In this document: piece after piece, positions 11,726-23,560 of the stretch | Layout: every line of letters starts with the position of its first letter | Numbering within the stretch: the first letter of the stretch is position 1 | Assembly: GCA_028534125.1 (NCBI GenBank) | Contig: CM052816.1 | Location: forward strand, 51,338,001 to 51,402,000 | Origin: Lama glama | Lineage: Eukaryota | Direction: 5' to 3' | Length of the DNA stretch: 64,000 nucleotides | Made by a program: the position numbers and the translations under genes | Notes under the pieces: model-generated | The model's database searches: none | The model's input: only the letters and a program-made list of their open reading frames with translations | Told to the model about the DNA's origin: nothing

Positions 11726-11930
11726 CTGGACTCACTCTCAGCTGCTTGGCTTCCATCCAAGTCCACAGTTTGGCCAGGAACGTCTAAGTCAGGAAACTGC
11801 ACTGCAGGGACCTGGTGGAAGGGAAGCATCTGACAAAGCATCATCTGGACAGTGATGATACTGCTTCATCCATATGCCTCATGATTCCTTCAAAGATTCA
11901 GATCCTGACCACAAACATCCATCCTGTGGC
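11726..11930 (-). pseudogene. TRIM relic, probable internal exon before PRY
   Basis: Acceptor cccacag| and strong donor CAG|gtaaga. The frame ...AKLWTWMEAKQLRVSP-G ends in phase 1 and joins the 11209 exon in frame. Confidence 0.5.
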
Positions 11931-12433
11931 CTGTGGGTATTAATAAGTCCTGTTTTGGGGGCAGGGGACATGGAAATGGCCTACAGAACAGCACAGAAAG
12001 CCCAAATCCAGGTGTTTTTTACCCTTGCTTTCCAGGGAGATGCAGACTTAGGTGCACTTCATGTTGAGGGTCACTGTGTGTCTTGTGGTGACTGTACCAG
12101 CAGCAGTGGCAGCTGAAGTCCCTCATTAGCATGCCTGACCCTCCTCCCTCCCACTTTTGCTCACACAGTGTTTTCATCTAGGGTACAGGTTCTTCTGACT
12201 GGCTTCTCTTTGAATAAGCCCTCTGGTTCTTTATTTGATTTCCCCTGTCAGACCCACATCTAGAATGACTTGGTAGGCCTTCTTATGCAAATACCCACTT
12301 AGGACCTCACTGCCTGCCCAGGCTGCTGCTGCCCAAATCTCGAACAAATCCTCAAGTGGACAAACACACCACCTTCATCTACTTAGCAAGCCCCATTCCT
12401 TCTGGGTTTATTTGCTCCAGGGTATGACATTTG

Positions 12434-12601
12434 GATGCTGTCTCTGAACCAGGAGGCAGGCTCTCACCAGAAACCAAATCTGCAGGCACCTTGATCTTGG
12501 ACTTCCCAGCCTCCAGAACTGTGAGAAATCGATGTCTTTTGTTTATAAGCCACCCAGGCTATATGGTATTGTTGTTAGAGCAGCCTGAACAGTCTAAGAC
12601 A
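12434..12601 (+). mobile_element. MLT1A-type LTR 3' part
   Basis: 'gcaccttgatcttggacttcccagcctccagaactgtgagaaat...agccacccag...taagaca'. Confidence 0.85.
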
Positions 12602-13099
12602 GATGCTCAAAGGAAAGAATAGAGAAAATTAATCTAATGTGGGAGGATGGGTAGAATTAGAAGCAAGGTGATCCCAACAGGATGTGAAGGCACTGAGGCA
12701 GTGAGTTAAGATAGTGGCAGCGGGAACAGGTAGCCACTTTTAAAAGGAAGATCCTGGGGATGAGTCCCTATGCCATGTAAGAAGCACTTTTCAGGGTTAG
12801 ACCCCAACCCTCTCACAGCCTGAATTTTCACTTAGCCATACACTCTGTGTTCTCATCACTTGTTCCTGATGTCTTCAGCATCAATCCCTCACCTCCTTGT
12901 CTTTTTACACCTATGCCCACTTTGGATTTGACCCCCTACTGTTTTTCTTGTTCTGATCTCTGACTCTCTCCATTGCTATAGTTCATATCAGACCCCTTGC
13001 CTCACACCCAGTGGAGCATCTTCTCCAGGACCACCTCAGGCTACTGCGACCACAATTCTCTCTGGGTTAGTACTGGTTTCAAATTCAGAACTCAGCTGC

Positions 13100-14040
13100 C
13101 TGACGGTTGGGATGAATGATAAGACATCAGAAAGAAGGATATGATCCTGGGCTTTAGGACCTGGGTTTGGTTGAATGGAGTTTCTCTGTTTAGAAGTAGA
13201 AAGGTGAGGAAAAGCCACTCGTCTGGAAGGTAAGGTAAGGTGATCACTGTTCACACACAGACTAGAGGGGACATCTGAGTAGAAATGTCTGCTGTGCAGT
13301 CTAGCATGTTGGATAGCAGCTAAGGAGAGAGGTCAGAAGCAGAGCCACAGCATACAGACACATAAGCCATGCACTACATAATTCCAGAAGGTGGCATTCA
13401 CATAGACTAGGAGATACATGATGCACCTGAAGTTGTACAAAGCTGCAGTCTTGGGCAGGGCGGCAAATTAGCACATGGAAGAAATAGACGAAGTCAGGAC
13501 ATAATAAGACTAAGGGGAGAGAGCAAACCAGGAAGGGAGAACAGAGCTAGGATTGCACTTCAGAGAAAATGTAGGGGCAAAAGAGAAACTCTAGCTCTGT
13601 CATTTTAATATGTATAAGTGAGAAAATTGCTAGTGACCTTTCAGGATGTGTTTTGAATAAAAGTGAGAGAGGAAAAAAACATGATGATAATGAAAGAAAG
13701 GAAGTGTGATGGTTAAAAAAAAAGATGGTGAAAAGAGAGAAGAAGAATTGTGAGCATTAAAAGCAACAGGGTCAAGTAAGGATTGTTTCAAAAAAGATGA
13801 GACTTGTGATAGTGTTGCTTGAGGGGAAGGAGCCAATAAAGGGATGAGATTTTAGATGCTGGAGACTGAGGAAAATTGACAGAGTAGGATTCCAGAAAAA
13901 ACAAGTTAGCCTTGAAAAGGGAGAGACACCCAAGATGACACAGTGGCTGAAATTTAGAGGCAAGAGGTAGGAAAGAAGGGAAAATTCATGTCTAAGCTTC
14001 TTGCCTTTATGAATTAAAAGAGCAGTCACCTCCAAGTAGA
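13100..14040 (-). mobile_element. L2 fragments
   Basis: 'gggacatctgagtagaaatgtct', 'tagtgacctt', purine-rich antisense L2 ORF2-like text. Confidence 0.5.
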
Positions 14041-14069
14041 CACAGGCTCTGCTGAGAAATTTTTTTCAT

Positions 14070-14790
14070 ATTTTTCTTATATTATAGATATAAAATGTAC
14101 TTACAATAGAAAGTTTGGAAAAATTGTGGAAAAGTAGAAAAAAAAGTTACTTAACAAAGATAACCATTAGAGTGTAATTCCTTCTAGATATTTGGGTGTT
14201 TTTTTTTTTCCCTTCCACATGTTAACATTAGCACTTTTGGTTATTATTTAGCTTTCACAAAGCTCACATTTAAAGTTTATTTAATATTCTACCAAGCGGA
14301 TGTGCTATAATATACTTAACCATTTCCTGCATTTGAGCTGCTTCCAATTTTTTGCTATTTCATAAATAAAGCTGCACTTAACATCTTTGCACGTAAAATG
14401 AATTCCATATTTAGCATCACTTTCAAAAGGTGGGACCCTGAAAGTATAACTGTTAATTCAATGACTTAGTATAATTGCAAACCTCTTTAAGGATTTTGAC
14501 ACTTCTTACACCATTTTACATTTTACCAGGAATGGATAAGAATATAATTTCCTAAATATTTGTCAGGATTAACCATTTATAAAAAAAAAAAAACTTTGTT
14601 AATTTGACAGATGAAAAAGAAGTACCTTATTATATAAAATTTCTTCTACTACTAGTGAGACTAGATAATTTTTCACATATTTGTTAATTTTTTTCTTCCA
14701 CTTTCTTAAGTGTTTATTTTTGTCCTTTGTACATTTATCTTTTGGGTTCATAATGTTGTATAATTTCAGGAGCTAGTTATATAATAAACC
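14070..14790 (-). mobile_element. Old L1 (L1ME-type) 3' region
   Basis: 'ttccaattttttgctatt...aaagctgcacttaacatctttgcac', 'ttaatttgacagatgaaaaa', 'ctagtgagact...ttttcacatatttgtt'. Confidence 0.7.
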
Positions 14791-15049
14791 ATTTTAAACC
14801 TCTTTACTGAATTTTAACTTTATTAGCTTTATAAAATTTATTAATTAAAATAGCTTTCCTTATTATTATAATACGTACTACATATTCTGAGGCTGATTCT
14901 TCAATCTCCCTTTAATCAAATAAACTCATCCATTTGCTTCCACCCAGTTCCCTTTTGGCTTCAGTTGGTCAGAGTTGGTGTGTGGGGACTACAACAAAGA
15001 ACTCTAATAACACCCAACAATAATCAATAAGGAGTGCAATAAAAAGAAG

Positions 15050-17290
15050 CTGATACGTGTTAGCAACCAGAACCATAAAATATCTAGGAATAAACTTATG
15101 AGCAAGCATGCTAGACCTCCAGGAAGAAAACGACAAATCTTTGCTGAAGATATAGGAAAAAACCTGAATAGAAGAGCACACACTTTTCCTGGTGAGAACT
15201 GTTATGAAGGTGTCGGTATTCCCCCAAATGGTTGTATAAATCCAAGGCCATGCCAAAGGGGATTGTTAGGAATATGATAGTTTGGTGGAAATGCATAAAA
15301 AATGATAAGTGAAAACAGCCAAAAACCTTTTGAAAATTATTACCTAAGGTAAGGTGGTGATTGATTCAGCACCTTGTTTGTGCTTAGGGCAGAAAAGACA
15401 AGAAGAGTGGAAGAGTCTGGAGATAGACCTGGGTAAATATGGGAAAAAATATGACAGAAGTGGCATTTCAGATCAGTGGGGGAAAGGAGTAAGTTGTTCA
15501 ATAAATCATTTTGGGATAGTTGCCTCATGACTTCCAAGACACCACACCCTACTAACTTTACCCCCACCTTGCTGGCTGCTCCTTTTCTGCTCCATTTATT
15601 GGTTTCTACTTCTTCACCCAAGTGCACCAAAACTTGAACCATGGACCTTATTATTTTCTTTTTTAGATCTACCTTATCTAGGAATCTGGCTTTAAATACT
15701 GTCTCTCTACTGATGATTCCTTAATTATTCTCTCTAGCCCTTACCTAGCTTCTAAACCCTAGCATCACACATTAAACTGCCTACTTGATATAAGACTTAA
15801 AATTCCTAAGCCGCAATAGGTATTCCTTCTTCCACTGCCACCCTCCCACCACCACCAAACATATATAGCCTCCCTAATATTTCCTATTTTGGTAAATAAC
15901 ACCACTACCCACCCACCAAGGTGCTTAATCTAAAAACCAAAGTCGTCTCTGATTTCTGCTTCTCCTTTGACCTCCAGCATTCTCTCTACCAGCACATCTA
16001 TGGGCTCTGCTTAGGAGAGAGTGAAAAAAGATGCTGAAGAACTTGAGCCCTGGAACCAAGCTACCTGGGTTCAAATTCTGGTTCTACCATTGACCAATTA
16101 CATGACCTAGGGCAACCTACCTACACTTTTTCAAGTTGTCATATGTAAAACAAGGATAATGACATTATCTAACTCATAGGATAATGATGGGGATTAATGA
16201 ATTGTTAAGAGATTAGAACAGTAGCGATGCCTATTATGTGTTCAATAAATGTCAGTTATTATTATTACCTTTGAAATATATCTCACATCTTCTAATTGTG
16301 TGTGTGTGTGTGTGTGTGTATAGTGTACCTCCCCAGTTCAAGCAGCTATAATCCCTTTTAACAGATCTTCCCACCCTATTGCCCCACTACAGTTCGTTCT
16401 CCACACAGTAGTAAAGGGTCACTTTAAAAATATAAATTGGATCAGAGGCTCTCCTGTTTAATAACTTTCACTGCCTTCTTTAACGTGGCCTAAAACTCCC
16501 TGCATGAATTAGCCTGACCCAACTCTCTGCCTCATCAGGTAATATTCTTCATCTCACTCACTTCACTCCACCCACAGGGGTTTCATTCTGTTGCTTGAAT
16601 ACACTCAACTTGCTCTGGCCTCAAAATCTTTGCCTGGGCTAGTTGCCCTCTGACTAGAACATTCTTTTCTTGGCTCTTCCATTGACTGGATCCTCATCAT
16701 TAAGATGGTAATTGTACCATCTTAGAGGAGCTTTCCCTGACCCTATCTAACAAAGTTCTGTTATTCTCCATCATATCATCCTGTTTTATTTCCTTCATAG
16801 AATGTCTAGCTATCTGAAATTACCTTGTTTACTTGCTTAATTTTTTTGTTGCATTTCTCCTCCATGTAAACTATATGAGAACGGAGACCTTGTTTTTTCC
16901 TTTTTTAGTTTTATTTACAATGCTTAGAATGGTGTATAGCACTTTGCATGTGTTTAATTATTTTATTGAATGAATTTTAATAAGTTGGTGAATAAAAGAA
17001 TGAATTTAAAAATACAGGCCATTGGGTCTTCACCTTACAGCTTATATAAAGATAAATTCTCAATTGATTAACTCTCTAAACATAAAAAAAATGATCATAT
17101 TAAAGAAAAACACAGGTAAATAGTTTTATGGTCTTGGAGTAGGAATGGTCTTTCTCAGCAAGAAAAAATACTATGAAGCCATAGAGGAAAAACTTGACCA
17201 GTTTGGCTGCATAAAAGCTAGAAAATTTTGCACAGCCAAAGACACAATGGGCAAAGTTAAGTGGACAAACAGACTAAGAGAAAGCATCTA
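15050..17290 (+). mobile_element. Old L1M ORF2 fragment split by an L2 (15527-17005), which contains a MIR (16030-16265)
   Basis: L1 'aaaatatctaggaataaactt...ttcaataaatcattttgggatagttg' stops at ~15525 and resumes collinearly at ~17020 ('caccttacagcttatataaagataaattc'). The L2 ends in 'tgaatgaat'; MIR core 'ctgggttcaaattctggttctacc'. Confidence 0.75.
16297..16319. repeat. (TG)n microsatellite
   Basis: Direct reading. Confidence 0.9.
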
Positions 17291-17299
17291 AAATATAAA

Positions 17300-17965
17300 A
17301 GGCCTTATAAATGTAGATGCAAAAATTCTCAACAAAAAACTAACAAACCAAATCCAGAAATATATAAAATGGACTGTTCACCATAACCAAATGGAATTTA
17401 CCCTAGTAAATCAAGGTTTGCTTAACATATGAAAATGATTTAATGTAACACAGCAACATATTAATAGAATAAAGGACAGAAACCATATGTTCAACTCAAT
17501 AGACATAGAAAAGCATTTGGAAAATCCTACATAACATTTATGATTTAAAAAAAAAAACCTATCAAGAAACTTGGAATAGAAGAAAATTTCCTAAACCTGA
17601 CAAAAGGGTGTCTACAGAGAATCCACAGCAAAATCATTCTTCATGGTGAAAGACTGAACACTTTTCCACCATGATCAGAAGCTGACAGGGACACCTGCTT
17701 TTACCTCTTTTATTCAACATATTACTGGAGGTTCTAACCAGTGAGGTCAGGCAAGCAAAAGAAATAAAAGGCATCCAGATTGAAAAGGAGGAAGTAAAAG
17801 TATCTCTATTGCAGACAGAATATTCTTGTATACAGAGAATGCTAGGTAATCCACTGAAAGACTAATAAATGAAAGAAGTTCAGCAAAGTTGCAGGATACA
17901 AGTTCAATACACAAAAATCATTTTTTGGTCTATATATTGGCAATGAACTATCTGAAAATAAAATC
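17300..17965 (+). mobile_element. L1M ORF2 (RT region) fragment
   Basis: 'gtagatgcaaaaattctcaacaaa', 'tattcaacatattactggaggttcta', 'ttcagcaaagttgcaggatacaag'. Confidence 0.85.
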
Positions 17966-19065
17966 GCCCTAGGCAACTACTAATCTACTTTCTGGTCTCT
18001 ATGGATTTGCCTATTCTGGACATTTCATACAAATGGAATTATATTGTATGTGATTTTTTGCAAATGACTTCTCTGACTTGGCATGATGTTGTCAGGATTC
18101 TTCCATTTTGTAGCATGAATCAGTTCTTCATTCCTTTTTATTGCTGAATAATATTCCGTAGTACAGAAGTGTCACATTTTGTTTATCTAGTCATCAGTTG
18201 ATAGATATTTGGGTTTCTCCCCCCACTTTTTTTGGCTATTAATAATAATGCTGTTATAAACATTCATGTACAAGTTTTTGTGTGGACATATGTTTTCGAC
18301 TCTCTTGTGTTTATACCTAGAAGTGGAATTTCTTTGTCATATGGTAACTTTATATTTAACTGTTAAAACTGTACCTGTTTTCCAAAGTGGCTGCACCATT
18401 TTACGTTTCCACCAGCAGTATATGAGGGCTTCAATTTTTCTATATCCTCACAACACTTGTTATTATCTTTTTAAAAAATTATTAAAGCCTTCCAGTGAGT
18501 GTGAAGTGATATCTCATTGTGGCTTTGATTACATTTCCTGATGGCTAATGATGTTGAACTCCTTTTCATGTGTTTATTGGTCATTTGAATGTCTTCTTTG
18601 GAGAAATATCTATTTCGATCCTTTCTCATTTTTAGATTATTTGTCTCTTTCTTTGTTGTTGTAAGTTCTTTATACATTCTTATCAGATATATGATTTGCT
18701 AACATTTTTCTTCTGTTCTGTGGATTGCCTTTTCACTTCCTTGATGGTGTCTTTTGAAGCACAAAACTTTTAAGTTTGATTAAGCCTATATGATCTATTT
18801 TTCCTTTGGTAGCTTGTGCTTTTGGTGTCATATTTAAGAAACCGTTACCTAATCCAAAGCCTCAAAGATTTGCTCCTGTGTTTTCTTCTAAGAGTTTTAT
18901 AGTTTTTGCTCTTGCATTTAGGTATATAACCCATTTTGAGTTAATTTTTGGACATAATGTGAGGTAAGGATCACTTTTTTTGCATGTGAATATCTAATTG
19001 TCTAAGCACCTTTTGTTGAAAAAACTTTTCTTTTCTCATTAAAGTGTATTGGAACTCTTAATGGA
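17966..19065 (-). mobile_element. L1MB-type 3' UTR and ORF2 end
   Basis: 'ccctaggcaactactaatctactttct...tggatttgcctattctggacatttcat'; ORF track 18471-18677 gives decayed ORF2 FSKEDIQMTNKHMKR. Confidence 0.9.
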
Positions 19066-19277
19066 AAAACTCCACTTTAAAAATATGGTATTTTGTTCTC
19101 ATGCAAAGTGGTAGGGTGACAATAGGTATTCTTTGAACTCTTGGCAATTTTTTCACATGTTATTGAACAGTTGTCCAAGGTGTCATCAATATCTGTAGAT
19201 GGTTTTAAAAAAAATACTAATCCTATAATTTATCTAAGTGAAATGGGATTTTAAACAGGACTGTGTCTCAGTTTCAA

Positions 19278-19470
19278 CCAGGGTTTAAGGCAATAGGTTC
19301 CTTTGTGCAAATTAGCAACAAAGCAACCCCTCTGGGTAGGTGCTTTATAATCAAGTGCCCCTTCTGGCACCCTGTGTTTCTAGAGGAGCAAGGGCTAAAA
19401 TTCAGCATTCATTCATCCTCTTAACTTGGTATTTTTGTGTAGGGTACAAACTACATAATCATTTGCAGTA
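19278..19470. mobile_element. hAT-Tip100 (MER91-group) fragment
   Basis: 'cctttgtgcaaattagcaacaaagcaacccc' resembles the MER91 subterminal motif. Confidence 0.45.
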
Positions 19471-20495
19471 GTATTAGATTCCATCTACAGCAACATTCCA
19501 AAGTGAGTTCTGAGGCCATCTAAACAGGTCTTCCAAAAGAGTTGCTAGAAACAACCCAACTCTTATCCTAAAAAAAGACGTTACAGAGGTCAAGAAAGAG
19601 GATGTCTTTGAAGAGAGTTGTGCTGGTAGGCTAATGCTCTAAAAGCTAGGTAGGGTGGGAAACACTTCTTCTTCACCTCAAATGTGAAGAGGACATTTTT
19701 AGGGACAACCCAGAAAGTATCCTGTGAATTCATTATATTATGGGGCTTGCATGTCTGACACAAGCCTGAAAAAATATATACTGACTCAAGCTTCAAGCCA
19801 CCTTTAGCCAGTTTGGAGGGGAATAACTATAGTATAGCTGACATCAGAAGAGTGTTTTGTGGACTGGACTAACCTGTGAATGAGCAAAACAGGCCAGAAG
19901 TTCTGCCCAGAAGGACCACCTGGAGGGTGAGGAGACCTTATCATAAAGATGTACAAGTTTTCTGCTAGACACTTAAGAGCTAATGGAGGCATCAGAAAAG
20001 ACCACCATGAGGAGATACATTTTTTTTCAAAGGACCTTCCAGGTGAGAGATACCCAATGATGTGGGAGTCTCAAAGAAAAAAAATAGATAGATAGATGAT
20101 AGATAGATAGATATGCCCATGAGAGAAAAAGTTAGGCTTAAACAGTCACCAAGCCTGAAGAATGGCAACACATCAGGAGTGTACCAATCAAGTAAACCTC
20201 TGCCTGTTTCCTTACCTCTTGCTTTTTCCCTCACTTGCATCCCAACTCAGGTGAGGTCAGAAGTCACAGTTAGTGAGTATCAGGGAAGAGAAGGCAGAGT
20301 CAAAAGAGAAACCAACTTTTCCCTGTTTCCCACTGGAGGCCCAAAGTAGGAAAAGACACTTAACTTCAAATTAATGTTTTAAGCTTTAACTATTACATGG
20401 AACTAAGCATTAATTAGTACCATAAGTCTCTTTAGATTAAAAGTGTCCAAAAGCATGTAACTAAGCATGTATGTACAACTATCTATCTATCTATC

Positions 20496-21950
20496 TTAAT
20501 TTTTAACATTTTTATTGAGTTATAGTCATTTTACAATGTTGTGTCAAATTCTAGTGTAGAGCACAATTTTTCAGTTATACATGAACATATATATATTCAT
20601 TGTCACATTTTTTTTCGCCGTGAGCTACCATAAGATCTTGTATATATTCCCCTGTGCTATACAGTATAATCTTGTTTATCTATTCTATGTTTTAAAATTG
20701 CAGTCTGTCCCTTCCCACCCCCACCCCCTTGGCAACCACAAGTTTGTATTCTATGTCTATGAGTCTGTTTCTGATCTGTATTTATGGTTGTTTTTTTTTA
20801 GATTCCACATATGAATGATCTCATATGGTATTTTTCTTTCTCTTTCTGGCTTACTTCACTTAGAATGGCATTCTACAGGAACATTCATGTTGCTGCAAGT
20901 GGCATTATGTTGTCAATTTTTATGGCTGAATAATATTCCATTGTNNNNNNNNNNNNNNNNNNNNNNNNNNNNNNNNNNNNNNNNNNNNNNNNNNNNNNNN
21001 NNNNNNNNNNNNNNNNNNNNNNNNNNNNNNNNNNNNNNNNNNNNNNNNNNNNNNNNNNNNNNNNNNNNNNNNNNNNNNNNNNNNNNNNNNNNNNNNNNNN
21101 NNNNNNNNNNNNNNNNNNNNNNNNNNNNNNNNNNNNNNNNNNNNNNNNNNNNNNNNNNNNNNNNNNNNNNNNNNNNNNNNNNNNNNNNNNNNNNNNNNNN
21201 NNNNNNNNNNNNNNNNNNNNNNNNNNNNNNNNNNNNNNNNNNNNNNNNNNNNNNNNNNNNNNNNNNNNNNNNNNNNNNNNNNNNNNNNNNNNNNNNNNNN
21301 NNNNNNNNNNNNNNNNNNNNNNNNNNNNNNNNNNNNNNNNNNNNNNNNNNNNNNNNNNNNNNNNNNNNNNNNNNNNNNNNNNNNNNNNNNNNNNNNNNNN
21401 NNNNNNNNNNNNNNNNNNNNNNNNNNNNNNNNNNNNNNNNNNNNGCTTATACATTCTGGAGATCAAGCCTTTGTTGGTTTCATTTGCAAAAATTTTCTCC
21501 TATTCCGTAGGTTTTCTTTTTGTTTTACTTATGGTTTCCTTTGCTGTGCAGAAGCTTGTAAGTTTAATTAGGTCCCATTTGTTTATTCTTACTTTTATTT
21601 CTATTGCTTGGGTAGACTGTTCTAGGAGAACATTTTTGAGATGTATGTGAGATAATGTTTTGCTTATATTTTCTTCTAGGAGGTTTATTGTATCCTGTCT
21701 TAAGTTTAAGTCTTTGATCCATTTTGAGTTTATTTTTGTGTGTGGTATAAGGGAGTGTTCTAGCTTCATTGCTTTACATGCTGCTGTCCAGTTTTCCCAT
21801 CACCATTTGCTGAAGAGACTGTCTTTATTCCATTGTATATTCTTGCCTCCTTTGTCGAAGATTAGTTGACCAAAAGTTTGTGGGTTCATTTGCAGACTCT
21901 CTGTTCTGTTCCATTGGTCTACATGTCTGTTTTTGTACCAATACCATGCT
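20496..21950 (-). mobile_element. Young 5'-truncated lineage-specific L1
   Basis: Near-intact ORF2 C-terminal part (21500-21769 MKLEHSLIPHTKINSKWIKDLN...; a TAG replaces the W of TEW) plus 3' UTR; flanked on both sides by (TATC)n. Confidence 0.9.
20945..21444. other. Assembly gap, 500 N
   Basis: Direct reading; lies inside the young L1. Confidence 1.
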
Positions 21951-22269
21951 TATCTATCTATCTACCTATCTATCCATCTATCTATCTAATAGTCCCTTCC
22001 ATAAGACAGAGGAAAAACTAGTTCCACAGAGTGGGTTTGAATAGGCAGTTGGTGAGGGGAAAGAGTAAAATTGCATTTATGTACATTCTAACAGTGCTAC
22101 TTATTCAATGTATTCATTCCTGGACTATCAAAATCAATAAGCTACAATAGGAAAAGTAGCCATGTTTCCTTAAATCACAAAATGTCATTTCAAGAATCTC
22201 GGTAAAAATAACTTTGATTCAATTCAAACAATACTTGAACTAGTTCCCTAAAGAAATAACCGTACTGTA

Positions 22270-23076
22270 ATCTGGGCATTGATAGCTGTAACACAATTTA
22301 AACATGACTTCATTTTTCTGTCTCAATACAATTCCACCCACTGCATCCTTTTGTGTGTTGTTTTGATGATCCTGTCAGTTGGGGTTCTTCGAGCTCAGTT
22401 TTAAGGAGTCAACAATGAATGAAATGAACTCAGCATTGGGATATGTTTTCAAGAATTCTCCACAGAGTTTGAAACCATCTGATACAATTCTATCATACTT
22501 GACTATAACATGAATAGAAACAAAAAAGCTAATCATGACATAGAAGCAACTTCATGTCAAATAATATCCACGAATGAGCCAATTTAGTAAACTCTGAATT
22601 TACTTAGCCTATTTGAACATCCATAAAGGGGACTTAGCAATAGCAGTCTTTCCATATGCCAGGTGAAACCCTCAGAGGGAATAGGCCTCCGTTTAATAAT
22701 GAAAGAGAAGGGAAAGAGCTGATAATTATTCTGTCTAAACAGTGTTTTTGCGGCCTAACATTGATTGTGTCTTGAAATCCCCTTTGGGAATGGAGCAGGC
22801 AGCTTTTCCTTTGCTTTCACAAACCTCATGCAAATTATTTAAACATTTTTGCAATTATTTTCCTGAAACTGAGTTTTGGCACAATGCCTAGAAACACTGA
22901 AAAGTGACATCACACTGCACCCAGAGATGCAAGTTCCAAAATATTCTCTGGGGATCCTTACAACTGTCTTGGAGGCCGATTTCCATATCACCATGTAAAC
23001 ATGGGAGTCTATTGGTACCTCTGCCTTTAGAGAGGCTCCAGATAAGGACACCACAAGTAAGCAAATGTTTAGACAA
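22270..23076 (-). pseudogene. TRIM relic: B-box2 and coiled-coil (COS-like) exons
   Basis: CLHG (23001), CKDPQRIF/GTC (22962), K*LQKCLNNLHE|gtttgt (22854-22825); candidate short intron 22824-22687 with a pyrimidine tract; VNSEFTKL (22603), CGEFLKTYPNAEFISF (22464), EK/EVMFKLCY (~22318-22288). Confidence 0.65.
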
Positions 23077-23560
23077 TTTAATTCTAGTTATCCTGCTGTA
23101 ACTTGACTGTAGGTGCAGTTTCTTTTAATGTCCTTTCTAACTATCTGTGTGAAAAATATTTCTGTTGGCACTTTCTTAAATCCTTGATGACTCTATGACC
23201 ACCCCTTTTTAATGTTAACTGCAGAAAGACGTCCACTCCCCTTTCCTCTCTTCTAGACCTTATATCTGGTTATTCATAAGGATAATTTTATAATTAATGC
23301 AGATGACTGGCCTAAAAATGATGACCCTCTTTTGTACTATTACTTCATGCTGAGGACAAAGAGGATACAGGAAAATTACTCCTTGGCCCAGGAAGTTTAT
23401 TAAAATGCTAAATGAAGGTCTGGCGGCAGCTCAAAGAACTTTAAATAACCTTGTGGTGGAAAACCTCCAAAACCTCTTTTTACCATCAGCTTAAACTAGG
23501 CTGGCTGTGACAAAGAGTAAGAAAATAAGTAGTTTCAAGAGTGCAAAAACACATCTATTT

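Larger units (their letters stand above)
19580..22120 (+). mobile_element. MamGypLTR-type LTR split by a young L1
   Basis: 'ttaactattacatggaact...ttaaaagtgtccaaaag' before the L1 and 'gaggaaaaactagttccacag...ggcagttgg...gagtaaaattgcatttatg...cttattcaa' after it resemble consecutive parts of MamGypLTR 3' ends. Confidence 0.55.

Noticed and set aside
11726..11830. FN3-like reading (PPGP...NCGLGWKP) of the internal TRIM exon
   Set aside because: No rest of an FN3 domain, and this frame does not splice in phase to the PRY exon; not fully excluded.
20815..21510. 231-aa and 193-aa ORFs in the track
   Set aside because: Artefacts of translating the 500-N gap inside an L1.
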